Of a stretch of DNA of 64,000 nucleotides, positions 52,081 to 61,692 are shown in pieces. The translations under genes and the position numbers were made by a program. Below the pieces are notes generated by a model. It searched no databases and was not told the origin of the DNA. It was given only the letters and a program-made list of their open reading frames with translations. The DNA is from Vulcanimicrobiota bacterium (GTDB lineage: Bacteria; Vulcanimicrobiota; Vulcanimicrobiia; Eremiobacterales; Eremiobacteraceae), in the NCBI GenBank assembly GCA_963805945.1, contig CAWDVP010000002.1, positions 544,001-608,000 on the forward strand, written 5' to 3'. Position 1 is the stretch's first letter, and each line of letters begins with the position of its first letter.

Positions 52081-52644
52081 ATGGAGATTCTAGCAAATAG
52101 GCAAGCATTGGTGAAGCGGTCGAGGAACCTCTTCATAGCATCGGTCGCACTCCTCGTATTGACTTGTCTCTGGCACCTCCTGCTTCTGTCACTTTACATC
52201 CGAAGCGGACTTAGTAACCAATTCTCAAATGGAATTGGTTTGGGCCTTACCTGGCTGTTTATTGGTATCGTAGCGGTGTTCTTTACGGGCCTTGAAATGG
52301 AGGCGCTGCGGACGGAAGTCTATTCCCGCGAAGAGGCGAGCCGCATGCGCTCGGAACTTCCGAGGTGGTACACGTTTCTTTCATTCAAACGCGACTCAGC
52401 TAGCCTCTACGCCGTAGCACACTCGTCGCTATGGGCCAGGATTGTGACGGCTGCGCTCTTTGTCTATATTCTCGGCTTCTTGATTCTCGGTATCATCAAT
52501 CCCACACTCCGTTCGGGGCTTTATTTCCTAGGGTTTTCGGCGATATATGCTGACATATTTTGGACGTTTGCGCTCTTTTCGTCATTCACGCTCCACTATC
52601 TCGCGGGGGATGAATGGCGTCTGCCGGACAAGGCCGGCGCTTAA
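52081..52644 (+). CDS. Four-TM hypothetical protein (lower GC)
   Basis: Hydrophobic helices; AT-richer codon usage than the flanks. Confidence 0.6.
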   Translation: MEILANRQALVKRSRNLFIASVALLVLTCLWHLLLLSLYIRSGLSNQFSNGIGLGLTWLFIGIVAVFFTGLEMEALRTEVYSREEASRMRSELPRWYTFLSFKRDSASLYAVAHSSLWARIVTAALFVYILGFLILGIINPTLRSGLYFLGFSAIYADIFWTFALFSSFTLHYLAGDEWRLPDKAGA

Positions 52645-52684
52645 GCCGGTCGTCCTCGCTGCACTATAGCGGCTCGGTGATCTC

Positions 52685-53413
52685 TTGATCCCCAGCGCTG
52701 ATTCGACCACAGATGCCCTCTCGGCGCGGGTGTTGAGAGAGGGCTTTGCAATAGTTCCAGGTGTCTTACGCACGGACGAGGTCGAGGCTCTCCGAAATGC
52801 CTGCAATTCGCCCGGAGGTGGTCACGAGTTGCGCCGAAACAGTCAGGTGTTTGGAGTACGCAACTTCATTGATGTTCCAGCGATTCGCAGCCTCTGCCAA
52901 GATCGTCGGGTCAAGTCGCTCGCGGGCGCTGTCATCGGCTATCCGTGCAACGCAGTGCGAGCAACGCTCTTTGACAAGACGGATGCCGCCAATTGGAAAG
53001 TTCCGTTCCATCAAGATCTGACGATTGCCGTCCGAGAGCGGCACGACGTCCTCGGCTTTGGACCGTGGTCGCGAAAGGCCGGTGTTATTCACGTTCAACC
53101 AGCCGCCACCATCATGGAGAGCATGATTTCCATCAGACTGCATCTCGATGACAGCGATATGACAAATGGTCCCTTGCGCGTCGTGCCTGGTTCCCATCGA
53201 TTCGGGCGGTTAGGAGCGGCTGACGTTCAGCGATTGAGAGCCACCCTGATCGAAGCGATCTGTGAGGCAAAAGCGGGCGACGCGTTGGTCATGCGCCCTC
53301 TTCTGCTTCATGCTTCCACCGCTTCCCAGCGTCCGGACCACCGCCGCGTCATTCACATCGACTATTCGAGCGCTAGACTGCCCGGAGGGCTCGAATGGCG
53401 TGATGCTATTTGA
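52685..53413 (+). CDS. Phytanoyl-CoA dioxygenase (PhyH) family 2OG-Fe(II) oxygenase
   Basis: FDKT..ANWKVPFHQD, RLHLDD, NGPLRVVPGSH, LLHAS. Confidence 0.88.
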   Translation: MIPSADSTTDALSARVLREGFAIVPGVLRTDEVEALRNACNSPGGGHELRRNSQVFGVRNFIDVPAIRSLCQDRRVKSLAGAVIGYPCNAVRATLFDKTDAANWKVPFHQDLTIAVRERHDVLGFGPWSRKAGVIHVQPAATIMESMISIRLHLDDSDMTNGPLRVVPGSHRFGRLGAADVQRLRATLIEAICEAKAGDALVMRPLLLHASTASQRPDHRRVIHIDYSSARLPGGLEWRDAI

Positions 53414-53417
53414 ACCA

Positions 53418-53446
53418 GAGCAGTCGAATAGATTCGACCGCTCAAT
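53418..53446 (-). repeat. REP-like palindrome, family 2
   Basis: GAGCAGTCGAATAGATTCGACCGCTCAAT (plus-strand reading). Confidence 0.75.
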
Positions 53447-53453
53447 AAGACAA

Positions 53454-53481
53454 GGGCCGATCTAAAGATCGGCCCCCACAT
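53454..53481 (-). repeat. GTAG-type REP palindrome, family 1 (GTGG variant)
   Basis: ATGTGG-GGGCCGATC-TTTA-GATCGGCCC on the minus strand. Confidence 0.8.
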
Positions 53482-53486
53482 AGGTC

Positions 53487-54197
53487 TTAGATGTGCCAGA
53501 TCGCGTCAGGGATCGTCACGTTGACCTGCACGTCCGTATACTTCAGATCTTTGGCGACCGTGCCGTCGGGCATGTACTGAGTCAATTCGATCGGCAGACC
53601 GTTTGTGCCCAGCACCATGGCTTCTCTATTGACGCCGTTGTCCTGATCGGGGTCAGCGACCAGCCCGGTGATCGTCGTCTTGTCTCCCTCGGTGACGGCG
53701 TCCCACTGCTTCCACTTCACCGACTTGAGCCGTGCGAGTTGCGCGCCGAAGTCCGCGTCCGCGATGGTCGAGCCGCGCAGCGAGGTCGCGATCTTGTTGT
53801 GGATGTCGAGATTGAGCTTGATCATCGACAAGAAGCCGCCCTGATGGCCCACGACGCGGTCGCCCCCCTGCCACACCGCGGCGCTTCCCTTGCCGTCGCC
53901 GCCGACGATGTCGAGCCGCGTCGAGCTCGGTTTTTGGAACCACAGCGCGTATACGCGATCCTGCACTTTGTTGCCGAGCTGTTCGTGGGCCTGGACGCTC
54001 GCCGAGTAGCTCTTCACCGCATCCCAGGCGACCTGGAAGCGGGCGAGCGCGAGCGCCGCCGCGCCCGCCGGAGGCACGCCGTTGGGCGTCGAGGTCGGCG
54101 CAGGGCCCATGACTGGAGCGGGCGGCGCGCCCGTCGGCGGGCTGGCGCCCAGCGTCAATAGCGCGGCGACGGCGAGCCCTGCGACTGAGAACCTCAT
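53487..54197 (-). CDS. Secreted LolA-like/DUF1571-type protein
   Basis: Signal peptide, Pro-rich linker, WFQKP, YTDVQVN...W. Confidence 0.6.
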   Translation of the reverse strand: MRFSVAGLAVAALLTLGASPPTGAPPAPVMGPAPTSTPNGVPPAGAAALALARFQVAWDAVKSYSASVQAHEQLGNKVQDRVYALWFQKPSSTRLDIVGGDGKGSAAVWQGGDRVVGHQGGFLSMIKLNLDIHNKIATSLRGSTIADADFGAQLARLKSVKWKQWDAVTEGDKTTITGLVADPDQDNGVNREAMVLGTNGLPIELTQYMPDGTVAKDLKYTDVQVNVTIPDAIWHI

Positions 54198-54817
54198 CGT
54201 GCTGTCTTCCCTCTTTCGGCGGCCATCTCGGTGGCGGTGAGCTGCAACATGCTTTTGGTGTTCAGGCTGGACACCCCGACGAGCACGTCGGTGCTCGAGC
54301 GCGTCATGATGAAATCGATGGCCTTGGCGAGCGGCGCGCCGGCATAGCCGTGCTCTCGATACGCTCCCATAACGATGAGGCTGACGTTTTCCTCACTCGC
54401 GGCGCGCATGATGGCCGTGCTGAGGAGGCGGTCGCGGATGGTGCGCTGCTCGATCTCGATGCCTTCCTTCCGGCCGATCGCCTCCGCGGTGCTCAGCGCG
54501 TCGAGCGCGGCCCGTTCTTGCTCCGGCAATTCGGCTTCGATCGGCAGCGTGTAGGGCACTTCGATCACGTAGATCGCGACCAGCTTGGCGAGCTGTCGCT
54601 TGGCCATACGGGCGGCAAGCGCCATGAGCACGAGCGAGTTGATGTCGGCCGAGAACACGACGAGCACGTTGCCGGCCATCGTGCTCGCGTGGGTCGAGGC
54701 GCTCTGGGCGATCTTCGCGGAACGGCTCAGCTGCGGATGCAGCATCCAGTACAGCGTCGAGCTCACCGCGCCGAGCACGCAGAACGCGATGATGATGCCG
54801 ACCGGGTGCAGCGTCAT
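54194..54817 (-). CDS. Universal stress protein with N-terminal TM
   Basis: NVLVVFS, AIYVIEVPYTLP, SLIVMG, DVLV. Confidence 0.8.
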   Translation of the reverse strand: MTLHPVGIIIAFCVLGAVSSTLYWMLHPQLSRSAKIAQSASTHASTMAGNVLVVFSADINSLVLMALAARMAKRQLAKLVAIYVIEVPYTLPIEAELPEQERAALDALSTAEAIGRKEGIEIEQRTIRDRLLSTAIMRAASEENVSLIVMGAYREHGYAGAPLAKAIDFIMTRSSTDVLVGVSSLNTKSMLQLTATEMAAERGKTAR

Positions 54818-55029
54818 CGGCTCGGCCGTGCCGGCACGCGGGCGCCGCGCAGGTAGATCATGCCGCGCCACAGCCCCGCCAGCACGAGGATCCCCGCGAT
54901 GAGCAGCGCCGTCACCATCGCCGGCGAGACGGGCACGCTCAGCGCGATGCGCACGAGCGCGACGGCGCCCAGTGCGGCGATCGCAAACGACGTGAATATC
55001 TTATAACGCAGACGTTGCAGCGATATCAT
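54814..55029 (-). CDS. Small two-TM membrane protein
   Basis: Two hydrophobic helices; ATGA overlap with the USP gene. Confidence 0.6.
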   Translation of the reverse strand: MISLQRLRYKIFTSFAIAALGAVALVRIALSVPVSPAMVTALLIAGILVLAGLWRGMIYLRGARVPARPSR

Positions 55030-55077
55030 CTGATGTCGAAGAGTGCCGTTTCGGGATGGTCCCCGCGCGGTCCTCGG

Positions 55078-56103
55078 CTAGACGCGATCTGCGCCTTTCC
55101 CCTTGCCCTTGACCTTATCGACCGCACCGCCATAGCGGGCATGCGCCGTCTTCTTATCGCCGCTGCGGCCGGCTTCGATGCCGCGTTCCACCATCGCGAG
55201 CGCTTCCGCGTAGCCGCTGCGTTCGGGCGGTGGGAGCGGTGCGGCGGCCGACGGCAGCGCGCTCGACCAGGCTTGCGCGTTACCGCTCGCGCGCGCCGCT
55301 TCGAGCGCGGCGATGAGTGCGGCGGCATCGTCGAAGCGGCGCTTGGGTTCGCTTTCGAGCAGGCGCGAGACGATGCGATCGAGCTCGACCGGCACGCGCG
55401 GGTTTACCGATCGCGGCGGCCGCGGCACTTCGTTGACGTGCGCGATCATGGTCGAGACGAGATCCTCCGAGGATTCGGAGAAGGGCAGCGAACCGGTGAG
55501 CAATTCGTAGAGCAGCACGCCGACCGAATACAGATCGCTCGACCGATCGCCCGTCTTGCCCATGAACCGCTCGGGCGGCAGGTATGCGATGGTGCCGACG
55601 ATCTCGCTGCTCTGCGAGAGATTGCCGACGTCCGACATGCGCCGCGCCAAGCCGAAGTCGGTCATCTTGACGACCCCGTCGCGGCCAATGATCACGTTGC
55701 CGGGTTTGATGTCGCGGTGGATCACCTCGTTGGCGTGCGCGAAGCGCAGCGCGTTGAGCACCTGCACGATGAGCTCGACGGCGCGATCGATCGTGTACGT
55801 GCGGCGCTCCAGCTCGCGGATGGTGGTGCCGGGCACGTACTCCATGATGATGTAGGACGCGCCGCCGTCCACGCCGACGTCGTACACCGCGACGATGTTG
55901 GGATGGTTGAGCCGCGCCATCGCCTGCGCCTCGGCGAGGAAGCGGCGGTTGGCCTCGACGGCCTGTTCGGCGAGCACCTTGACGGCGACGTCACGCTCGA
56001 GCACGTGGTCGTAGCCGCGATACACCTCGCCCATGCCGCCCGAGCCGATGAGCTCGATGACGCGGTAGCGTTCCGCGAAGACGGTGCCGGATGGGACGCT
56101 CAT
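55078..56103 (-). CDS. Hanks-type Ser/Thr protein kinase (cytoplasmic)
   Basis: IGSGGMGEVY, VAVK, HRDIKPGN, DFGLA, YLPPE, DLYSVG. Confidence 0.93.
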   Translation of the reverse strand: MSVPSGTVFAERYRVIELIGSGGMGEVYRGYDHVLERDVAVKVLAEQAVEANRRFLAEAQAMARLNHPNIVAVYDVGVDGGASYIIMEYVPGTTIRELERRTYTIDRAVELIVQVLNALRFAHANEVIHRDIKPGNVIIGRDGVVKMTDFGLARRMSDVGNLSQSSEIVGTIAYLPPERFMGKTGDRSSDLYSVGVLLYELLTGSLPFSESSEDLVSTMIAHVNEVPRPPRSVNPRVPVELDRIVSRLLESEPKRRFDDAAALIAALEAARASGNAQAWSSALPSAAAPLPPPERSGYAEALAMVERGIEAGRSGDKKTAHARYGGAVDKVKGKGKGADRV

Positions 56104-56507
56104 GAGCTGGGCGAGAACGCCGCTTTGAAGTGGGTGATCTCGCTGCGCGCCGCGGTCAGCTGGAGGCTGATGACGTCGAAGCGGATGCGCGGGAAGACCT
56201 GGCCGGAGAAGGCGAGATAGGTCTGCGCGGCGCGCCGGATGCGGCCTTGCTTGAGCGCGGTGACCGCCTCGATCGGCGCGCCGCGCGAGAGCGTGCGGCG
56301 CAGCTTGACCTCGACGAACACCAGCGTGCCGCCGTCGAGCGCGATGAGGTCGATCTCGCCGCCGCGGCAGCGGAAATTATGCTCGAGCACGTGATAGCCG
56401 CGCGCGCGCAGAAACGCGGCGGCGGCGCGCTCGCCGGCGTTGCCGGCCTCGGTGGTGCTCGCGGCGTTGGCGCCTCCGGCCGCGCTGCGGATGGCGGCGC
56501 GCTTCAC
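56100..56507 (-). CDS. YraN family protein
   Basis: GNAGE, NFRCRGGEIDLI, FVEVK, RFDVI. Confidence 0.92.
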   Translation of the reverse strand: MKRAAIRSAAGGANAASTTEAGNAGERAAAAFLRARGYHVLEHNFRCRGGEIDLIALDGGTLVFVEVKLRRTLSRGAPIEAVTALKQGRIRRAAQTYLAFSGQVFPRIRFDVISLQLTAARSEITHFKAAFSPSS

Positions 56508-57160
56508 GCCGTTTCGCCCTGCGTGAACGTGAGCCGCGGCGCGACCACCGGCATGAACGATCGCCGGTGGATGGCGCATGGACCCAGGCGGTCGAGCGCG
56601 GCGAAGTGCGCCGCGGTGCTGTAGCCTTTGTGCTCCGCGAAGCCGTAGCCCGGATAGCGCGCATCCATCTCGGTCATATACGCGTCGCGCGCGACCTTGG
56701 CGATGATGCTCGACGCGGCGATGACCGCCGACTTGCGGTCGCCGCCCACGATCGGCTGCTGCGGATACGGACAGCCGGGGATGGAGAGCGCGTCGACGAG
56801 CACGCGGCAGGGGGCTTGCGACAGCCCGGCGATGGCGCGGCTCATCGCGAGCTTGGTGCCCGCGAGGATGTTGATACGGTCGATCTCTTCGGCATCCACC
56901 CAACCCAGCGACACGCACACCGCTGCCGCCCGGATCTCGACGTCGAGCTGCGCCCGGCGCAGTTCGGTGACCTGTTTTGAGTCGTTGAGGAAGCGCAGCC
57001 GCAGCGGCCGCTCGATGACGACGGCGCACGCCACGACCGGACCCGCCAAGGGGCCGCGTCCGACCTCGTCGATGCCGCAGAGATAGCGCGCGCCCGCTTC
57101 CCATGCGGCGCGTTCGAAGGTGTGCAATCGCCGCAGCCGCTGGCGCTCTTTGCCGATCAC
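56504..57160 (-). CDS. rnhB: Ribonuclease HII
   Basis: GIDEVGRGPLAGPV, NDSK, IAASSIIAKVARD, HKGY, HRRSF. Confidence 0.96.
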   Translation of the reverse strand: MIGKERQRLRRLHTFERAAWEAGARYLCGIDEVGRGPLAGPVVACAVVIERPLRLRFLNDSKQVTELRRAQLDVEIRAAAVCVSLGWVDAEEIDRINILAGTKLAMSRAIAGLSQAPCRVLVDALSIPGCPYPQQPIVGGDRKSAVIAASSIIAKVARDAYMTEMDARYPGYGFAEHKGYSTAAHFAALDRLGPCAIHRRSFMPVVAPRLTFTQGETA

Positions 57161-57969
57161 GCGTCGTCTCCGGGTGGTTCGGGCAGTTCGAAGGTGACTC
57201 GTCCGAGCGTTCCGCTGCGGAACTGCGAGAGCAATCTGCGAGCGGCGCCGGCGCGGTCGACTTCGCCGCCCTTGCGCAGCATCCCGTGCGCGCGCGCGAA
57301 ACCTTCCACGTCGTAGCGCGCGGCGAGCTCCGGCTGGTGGACGCGCAGCCACGCGCCCATGCGTTCGACCACATCTTCGGCGTCGTACGCGGTCTCAGGC
57401 AGGCAGCCGCACGCGGCGAGCTGCCACGCGGCGTCGCGCGACACGATCTTCGGCGGCAGCACGCCCGGCGTGTCGAGCAGCTTCACGTCAGAGGAGAGCG
57501 CAAGCCAGCGCACGTGCCGCGTGACGCCCGCGCGATCTTCCGTGACCGTCTTCTTGCGCCGGCTCAAGCCGTTGATGACGGACGACTTACCGGTGTTGGG
57601 TGCGCCGATGACCGCGACGTGCAGCGCGGCGCGCCGGCGGGGCAGCTTGAGCAGCGTGTCGCGCACCGTTCGCAGCGTTGCGGCGTGCGTGCCGATGGTC
57701 GCAAACGCGTGCCTGCCGGGCGGCAGCGCCCGCAGCCAGCGCGTCGTGGCAGCCGGATCGGCGAGGTCCTCACGATTGAGCAGCGTGATGCATGCCTTGG
57801 TGCGCAGGCGCGGATGGAGGCCCGCGACGTCGGTCGACAGCGGCAGCCGGGCGTCGCGCACCTCCAGCACGACATCGATGAGGCTCGCAAGCTCTTCGAG
57901 CGCGCGCTTGCCCGCCGCCATATGGCCGGGAAACCAGCTGACGGCGGCCTTTTCGGCGGTGGGGGACAC
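57157..57969 (-). CDS. rbgA: Ribosome biogenesis GTPase YlqF/RbgA
   Basis: WFPGHM, EVRDARLP, GAPNTGKSS, DTPG, FRSGTLG. Confidence 0.93.
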   Translation of the reverse strand: MSPTAEKAAVSWFPGHMAAGKRALEELASLIDVVLEVRDARLPLSTDVAGLHPRLRTKACITLLNREDLADPAATTRWLRALPPGRHAFATIGTHAATLRTVRDTLLKLPRRRAALHVAVIGAPNTGKSSVINGLSRRKKTVTEDRAGVTRHVRWLALSSDVKLLDTPGVLPPKIVSRDAAWQLAACGCLPETAYDAEDVVERMGAWLRVHQPELAARYDVEGFARAHGMLRKGGEVDRAGAARRLLSQFRSGTLGRVTFELPEPPGDDA

Positions 57970-57985
57970 TGCAGGACGGGTCTTG

Positions 57986-58011
57986 ATGGAGCGGTCGGAT
58001 TTATTCGACCG
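57986..58011 (+). repeat. REP-like palindrome, family 2
   Basis: ATGGAGCGGTCGGATTTATTCGACCG. Confidence 0.75.
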
Positions 58012-58039
58012 ACTCGGCCGGCTCGACCGCCGCGGCCCC

Positions 58040-58639
58040 TTAGCGGATCGGGCCGGCACGATTGAGCGGCCAGACCACAAAGGCGGCGCGTCCGATGACC
58101 GACGTCCGCGGCACCGGACCGAAGGCGCGCGAATCGTCCGAGGCGCCGCGATTATCGCCGAGCACGAACAGTGAGTCGGCGGGCACGACCTGCGCGCGCA
58201 TGCTCGCGCCGTCGCGCAGCGACACATACGGCTCGGCGAGCCGCCTGCCGTTCACCATGACGGCGCCGCGCACGATCGCGACCGAGTCGCCCGAGACGCC
58301 GATCACCCGTTTGACGTAGACCTGCCCCGCATCGCCACCCGCGGCGTGTTGGAACGCGACGACGTCGCCGCGGTTGATCGGACGCAGCTGAAGATCGAAG
58401 ACCGGGCGCACGCCGCCTGCATGCACGCCATAGGCGAGCGTGTTGATGAGCACGTGCTCGTCGGCACGCAGCAGCGGCTCCATGGAATGGCCGCTCACCT
58501 GCGGCATGCGGATGAAGAAGAGCGATGCAAGGGCGACGAGCGCGGCCGCCTCGACGCACAGCTTGCCGATCCGGATGAGGGTACGCAGGAATTCAGGCGG
58601 CGCGGGGACTTCGATGACGCTGGATGCCGTCGAATTCAT
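58040..58639 (-). CDS. lepB: Signal peptidase I (second copy)
   Basis: VSGHSMEP (Ser), YVKRVIG (Lys), GDNRGASDDSR. Confidence 0.9.
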   Translation of the reverse strand: MNSTASSVIEVPAPPEFLRTLIRIGKLCVEAAALVALASLFFIRMPQVSGHSMEPLLRADEHVLINTLAYGVHAGGVRPVFDLQLRPINRGDVVAFQHAAGGDAGQVYVKRVIGVSGDSVAIVRGAVMVNGRRLAEPYVSLRDGASMRAQVVPADSLFVLGDNRGASDDSRAFGPVPRTSVIGRAAFVVWPLNRAGPIR

Positions 58640-58647
58640 CGTCCGCG

Positions 58648-58676
58648 TCGGTCGAATGAATTCGACCGCTCCATAC
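58648..58676 (-). repeat. REP-like palindrome, family 2
   Basis: GTATGGAGCGGTCGAATTCATTCGACCGA on the minus strand. Confidence 0.8.
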
Positions 58677-58789
58677 GCCGTGACCGTGAAACCGGCTGTC
58701 GCACGGACTTACGTGTTCCGCTTGCACGCGCGCACGCCCTCCGTCGGACGCGGAGGTCGGGTCACCCGCGCTGCGCGAACATCAAGCGG

Positions 58790-60016
58790 ATGCCCGAGGG
58801 ACACCCGACGCGCAGCATCTTCGCTGAGCGCAGTTACACGTTGTACTACTCAGGCCAATTCTTGAGCTATCTCGGATTTGGCCTGGGCGCGCTCGCCATC
58901 CCGCTGCTCGTCTTCCATCTCACCGGCTCCGCGCTCTCGCTCGGGGTCACCTACGCGCTGGAGTTCCTCCCGTTCGCGCTGTTCGGGCTCGTCGGTGGCT
59001 CGCTCGCAGATCGCCTCGATCGCCGGCGGCTCATGATCGCCTGCGACTTCGTGCGCTTCGCGATCTTCACGCTGTTCGCCGTGCTGTACTGGCGGCACGC
59101 GCTCACGCTGCCGATCCTCTACACTGGTATCGCGATCTCCGCCGCCTCGGCCGCGATCTTCCTCGGCGGACAATCGACGGCCATCCCGTTCCTGGTGGGC
59201 AAGGAGCGCTCGGCGAAGGCGGTCGCGTCGCTCATCGCGGCCGAACAGACCACCAACCTCATCGCACCGCCGATCGGCGGCATCCTCTTCACCCTCGGCG
59301 GGCCGTTGCCGGCGCTGATCGCCAATGCCTTCACCTATCTGGCATCGCAGCTCTCGCTCACGCTGGTGTCGAGCATGGGCCCGGAAGAACCTGGCCCGCT
59401 GCCGAGCCTCACGGAGCTCTGGTCCGACATCGCAGAAGGTTTCCGCTTCCTGTGGGCCGATCGCGTCATGACCGTCGTCGCATACTGCAGCCTCGGGCTC
59501 AACCTCTTCGGCATGATGGCGATGACCGTGATGATCCCGTACATGAAGCTGCGCTATGGCGCGACCGACGCCCACGTCGGCCTCGCTTTCGGCCTGATCG
59601 CGCTCGGTTCTATCGCCGGGTCACTGCTGGCCGGGGCGACCGCGCGCAAGTGGCCGTTCGGGCCGGCGCTGCTCATCGCGTACGCGATCGACGGGCTCAT
59701 CTTCGTGCCGGTCATCTTCGCGCATAACCTATGGGTGATGGTGCTCTTCGCGGCGCTGGCGTCGGGCGGCGGCACGTTTGAAGTCACGCAGATCATCAGC
59801 TGGCGCATGCGCATCGTGCCGCAGGAGAAGATCGGCCGCGTCTTCGCCGCGGTGCGGCTGGTCGCCCTCATCGGCGTCGTGCCGGGCACGCTCATCGGCG
59901 GCTACCTCGCCGACGCGCACGGCCCGCTGCTGTCGATCATCGTGTCCACCTTCGGCTACTTGATCATCGCGCTCGCCGCCGCCGCCGTGCCCGCGCTGCG
60001 CCACGATCGGCGCTGA
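58790..60016 (+). CDS. MFS transporter (DHA3/macrolide-efflux-like)
   Basis: About 12 TM, GSLADRLDRRRLMI, GRVFA. Confidence 0.9.
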   Translation: MPEGHPTRSIFAERSYTLYYSGQFLSYLGFGLGALAIPLLVFHLTGSALSLGVTYALEFLPFALFGLVGGSLADRLDRRRLMIACDFVRFAIFTLFAVLYWRHALTLPILYTGIAISAASAAIFLGGQSTAIPFLVGKERSAKAVASLIAAEQTTNLIAPPIGGILFTLGGPLPALIANAFTYLASQLSLTLVSSMGPEEPGPLPSLTELWSDIAEGFRFLWADRVMTVVAYCSLGLNLFGMMAMTVMIPYMKLRYGATDAHVGLAFGLIALGSIAGSLLAGATARKWPFGPALLIAYAIDGLIFVPVIFAHNLWVMVLFAALASGGGTFEVTQIISWRMRIVPQEKIGRVFAAVRLVALIGVVPGTLIGGYLADAHGPLLSIIVSTFGYLIIALAAAAVPALRHDRR

Positions 60017-60057
60017 AGCAAGGCATGGGCGGTTCGAAGCAACAACCATGTAGACCG

Positions 60058-61692
60058 ATGAGATCACAGCTCGTGGCCTGCGCCGCGCTCGCGTGCGTCG
60101 CGATCGTCGGATGCAGCCGCGTCTCGGAGAACGCGCAGCTCGCGCGTTCCACCACGATCCCCGGCACGCTGCGCTACTCGGTGAACGGCGTCGGCAGTCT
60201 GAACCCGCTCACGCAGACGAACACGAACGAAGTCCTCCTCGACATGTTCATCTACGGCTGGTTCTTCTACGTCGACGACAAGGGCCGCTTCGTTCCCGAC
60301 CTGGCGACCGAAGTGCCGAGCTATGCGAACGGCGGCATCAGCCGCGACGGCCGCACGCTGACGTACCACCTACGCCGCGGCGTGCGCTGGCAAGACGGCG
60401 CGCCGTTCACCTCGCACGACGCCGCTTTCACCGTGAGCGCGATCATGAATCCGCGCAACAACATCTTCTCGCGCACCGGTTGGGATGATATCGCCTCGAC
60501 GGAGACGCCCGACGCCTACACCGTGCGCTTCCATCTCAAACAACCCTACGCGCCGGCGCTCGCGACGTTCTTCGTGCCGTACCAGCACAGCGGCTATCCG
60601 ATGCTGCCGGCGCATCTGCTCGAGCGTTATCCGGATCTCAATGAGGTGTCGTTCAACGGCGCGCCGATCGGCACGGGTCCGTTCAAGGTCACGAAATGGG
60701 TGCGCGGTGACCGCATCGAGCTCGAGGCCAACCCGCTATACTGGCGCGGCCCGCCGAAGCTCACCCGCATCGTGGTGAAGATCATCCCGGACGACAACAC
60801 CGCGCTCACGCAGTTCAAGACGCACGAAATAGACGCGATCTTCGCAGCGCCTTTAGGGCAGTACCCGCAGCTCGCCGCGCTGCCGGACGCGAAGGTGCTG
60901 CTCGTGCCCTCGTCCGCGTTCGACATGCTGGTCATGAACACGCGCCGTCCGCCGCTCGACGACCTACGCGTGCGCCGCGCGATCGCGGAGGCGATCGACA
61001 AGCGACGCATCATCGACAATATCACGCACGGTGTGGGCACGCCGGCGGATTCCGATATCGTGGGCGTGTCCTGGGCGCATGCCGCCGGCCTGCCGAGCTA
61101 TGCGTACGATCCGACCGCCGCGGCGGCGCTACTCGGCCAAGCCGGCTGGCTGCCGGGGCCGGACGGCATCCGCGTGAAGAGCGGCAAGCGGCTCACGCTC
61201 AACCTCACCACCATCGCGAAAGATGCGACGAGGGTGGGGACCGTTCTCATGATCCAGGATCAGCTGCGCGCCGTCGGCATCGCTGCGGAGGTCAAGAACT
61301 ATCCGGCGGAATTGGTGTACGGCACCGCGGCCGACGGCGGCGTGCTCATGGGCGGCCGCTACGATCTCGGCGAGATCGGCCAGAACACCGGCATCGACCC
61401 GGACGACTCGACGCTGTTCATGTGCGACCAGATCCCGCCTGCCGGTGTCAACGAATCGTTCTGGTGCGATGCCGCGTTCGACGCCGCCGAGCGCGCGGCG
61501 CTGACGGACTACGACCAAGCCGCGCGCACGCGCTCGTACGCGGTGACGCAGCGCCGGCTCGTCGAACAGGTGCCGGTGGTCTTCCTCTACTACCAGCGGC
61601 TCATTCTGGTGGTGACGCCGCGGCTGCACGGCCTTGCACCGACCCCCTCGCAGATCTTCAACTGGAACACCTGGGAGTGGTCGATGCAGTGA
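60058..61692 (+). CDS. Peptide ABC substrate-binding lipoprotein (family 5), orphan
   Basis: Lipobox IVGC, PDLA, LRRGVRWQDG, PIGTGPF. Confidence 0.9.
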   Translation: MRSQLVACAALACVAIVGCSRVSENAQLARSTTIPGTLRYSVNGVGSLNPLTQTNTNEVLLDMFIYGWFFYVDDKGRFVPDLATEVPSYANGGISRDGRTLTYHLRRGVRWQDGAPFTSHDAAFTVSAIMNPRNNIFSRTGWDDIASTETPDAYTVRFHLKQPYAPALATFFVPYQHSGYPMLPAHLLERYPDLNEVSFNGAPIGTGPFKVTKWVRGDRIELEANPLYWRGPPKLTRIVVKIIPDDNTALTQFKTHEIDAIFAAPLGQYPQLAALPDAKVLLVPSSAFDMLVMNTRRPPLDDLRVRRAIAEAIDKRRIIDNITHGVGTPADSDIVGVSWAHAAGLPSYAYDPTAAAALLGQAGWLPGPDGIRVKSGKRLTLNLTTIAKDATRVGTVLMIQDQLRAVGIAAEVKNYPAELVYGTAADGGVLMGGRYDLGEIGQNTGIDPDDSTLFMCDQIPPAGVNESFWCDAAFDAAERAALTDYDQAARTRSYAVTQRRLVEQVPVVFLYYQRLILVVTPRLHGLAPTPSQIFNWNTWEWSMQ

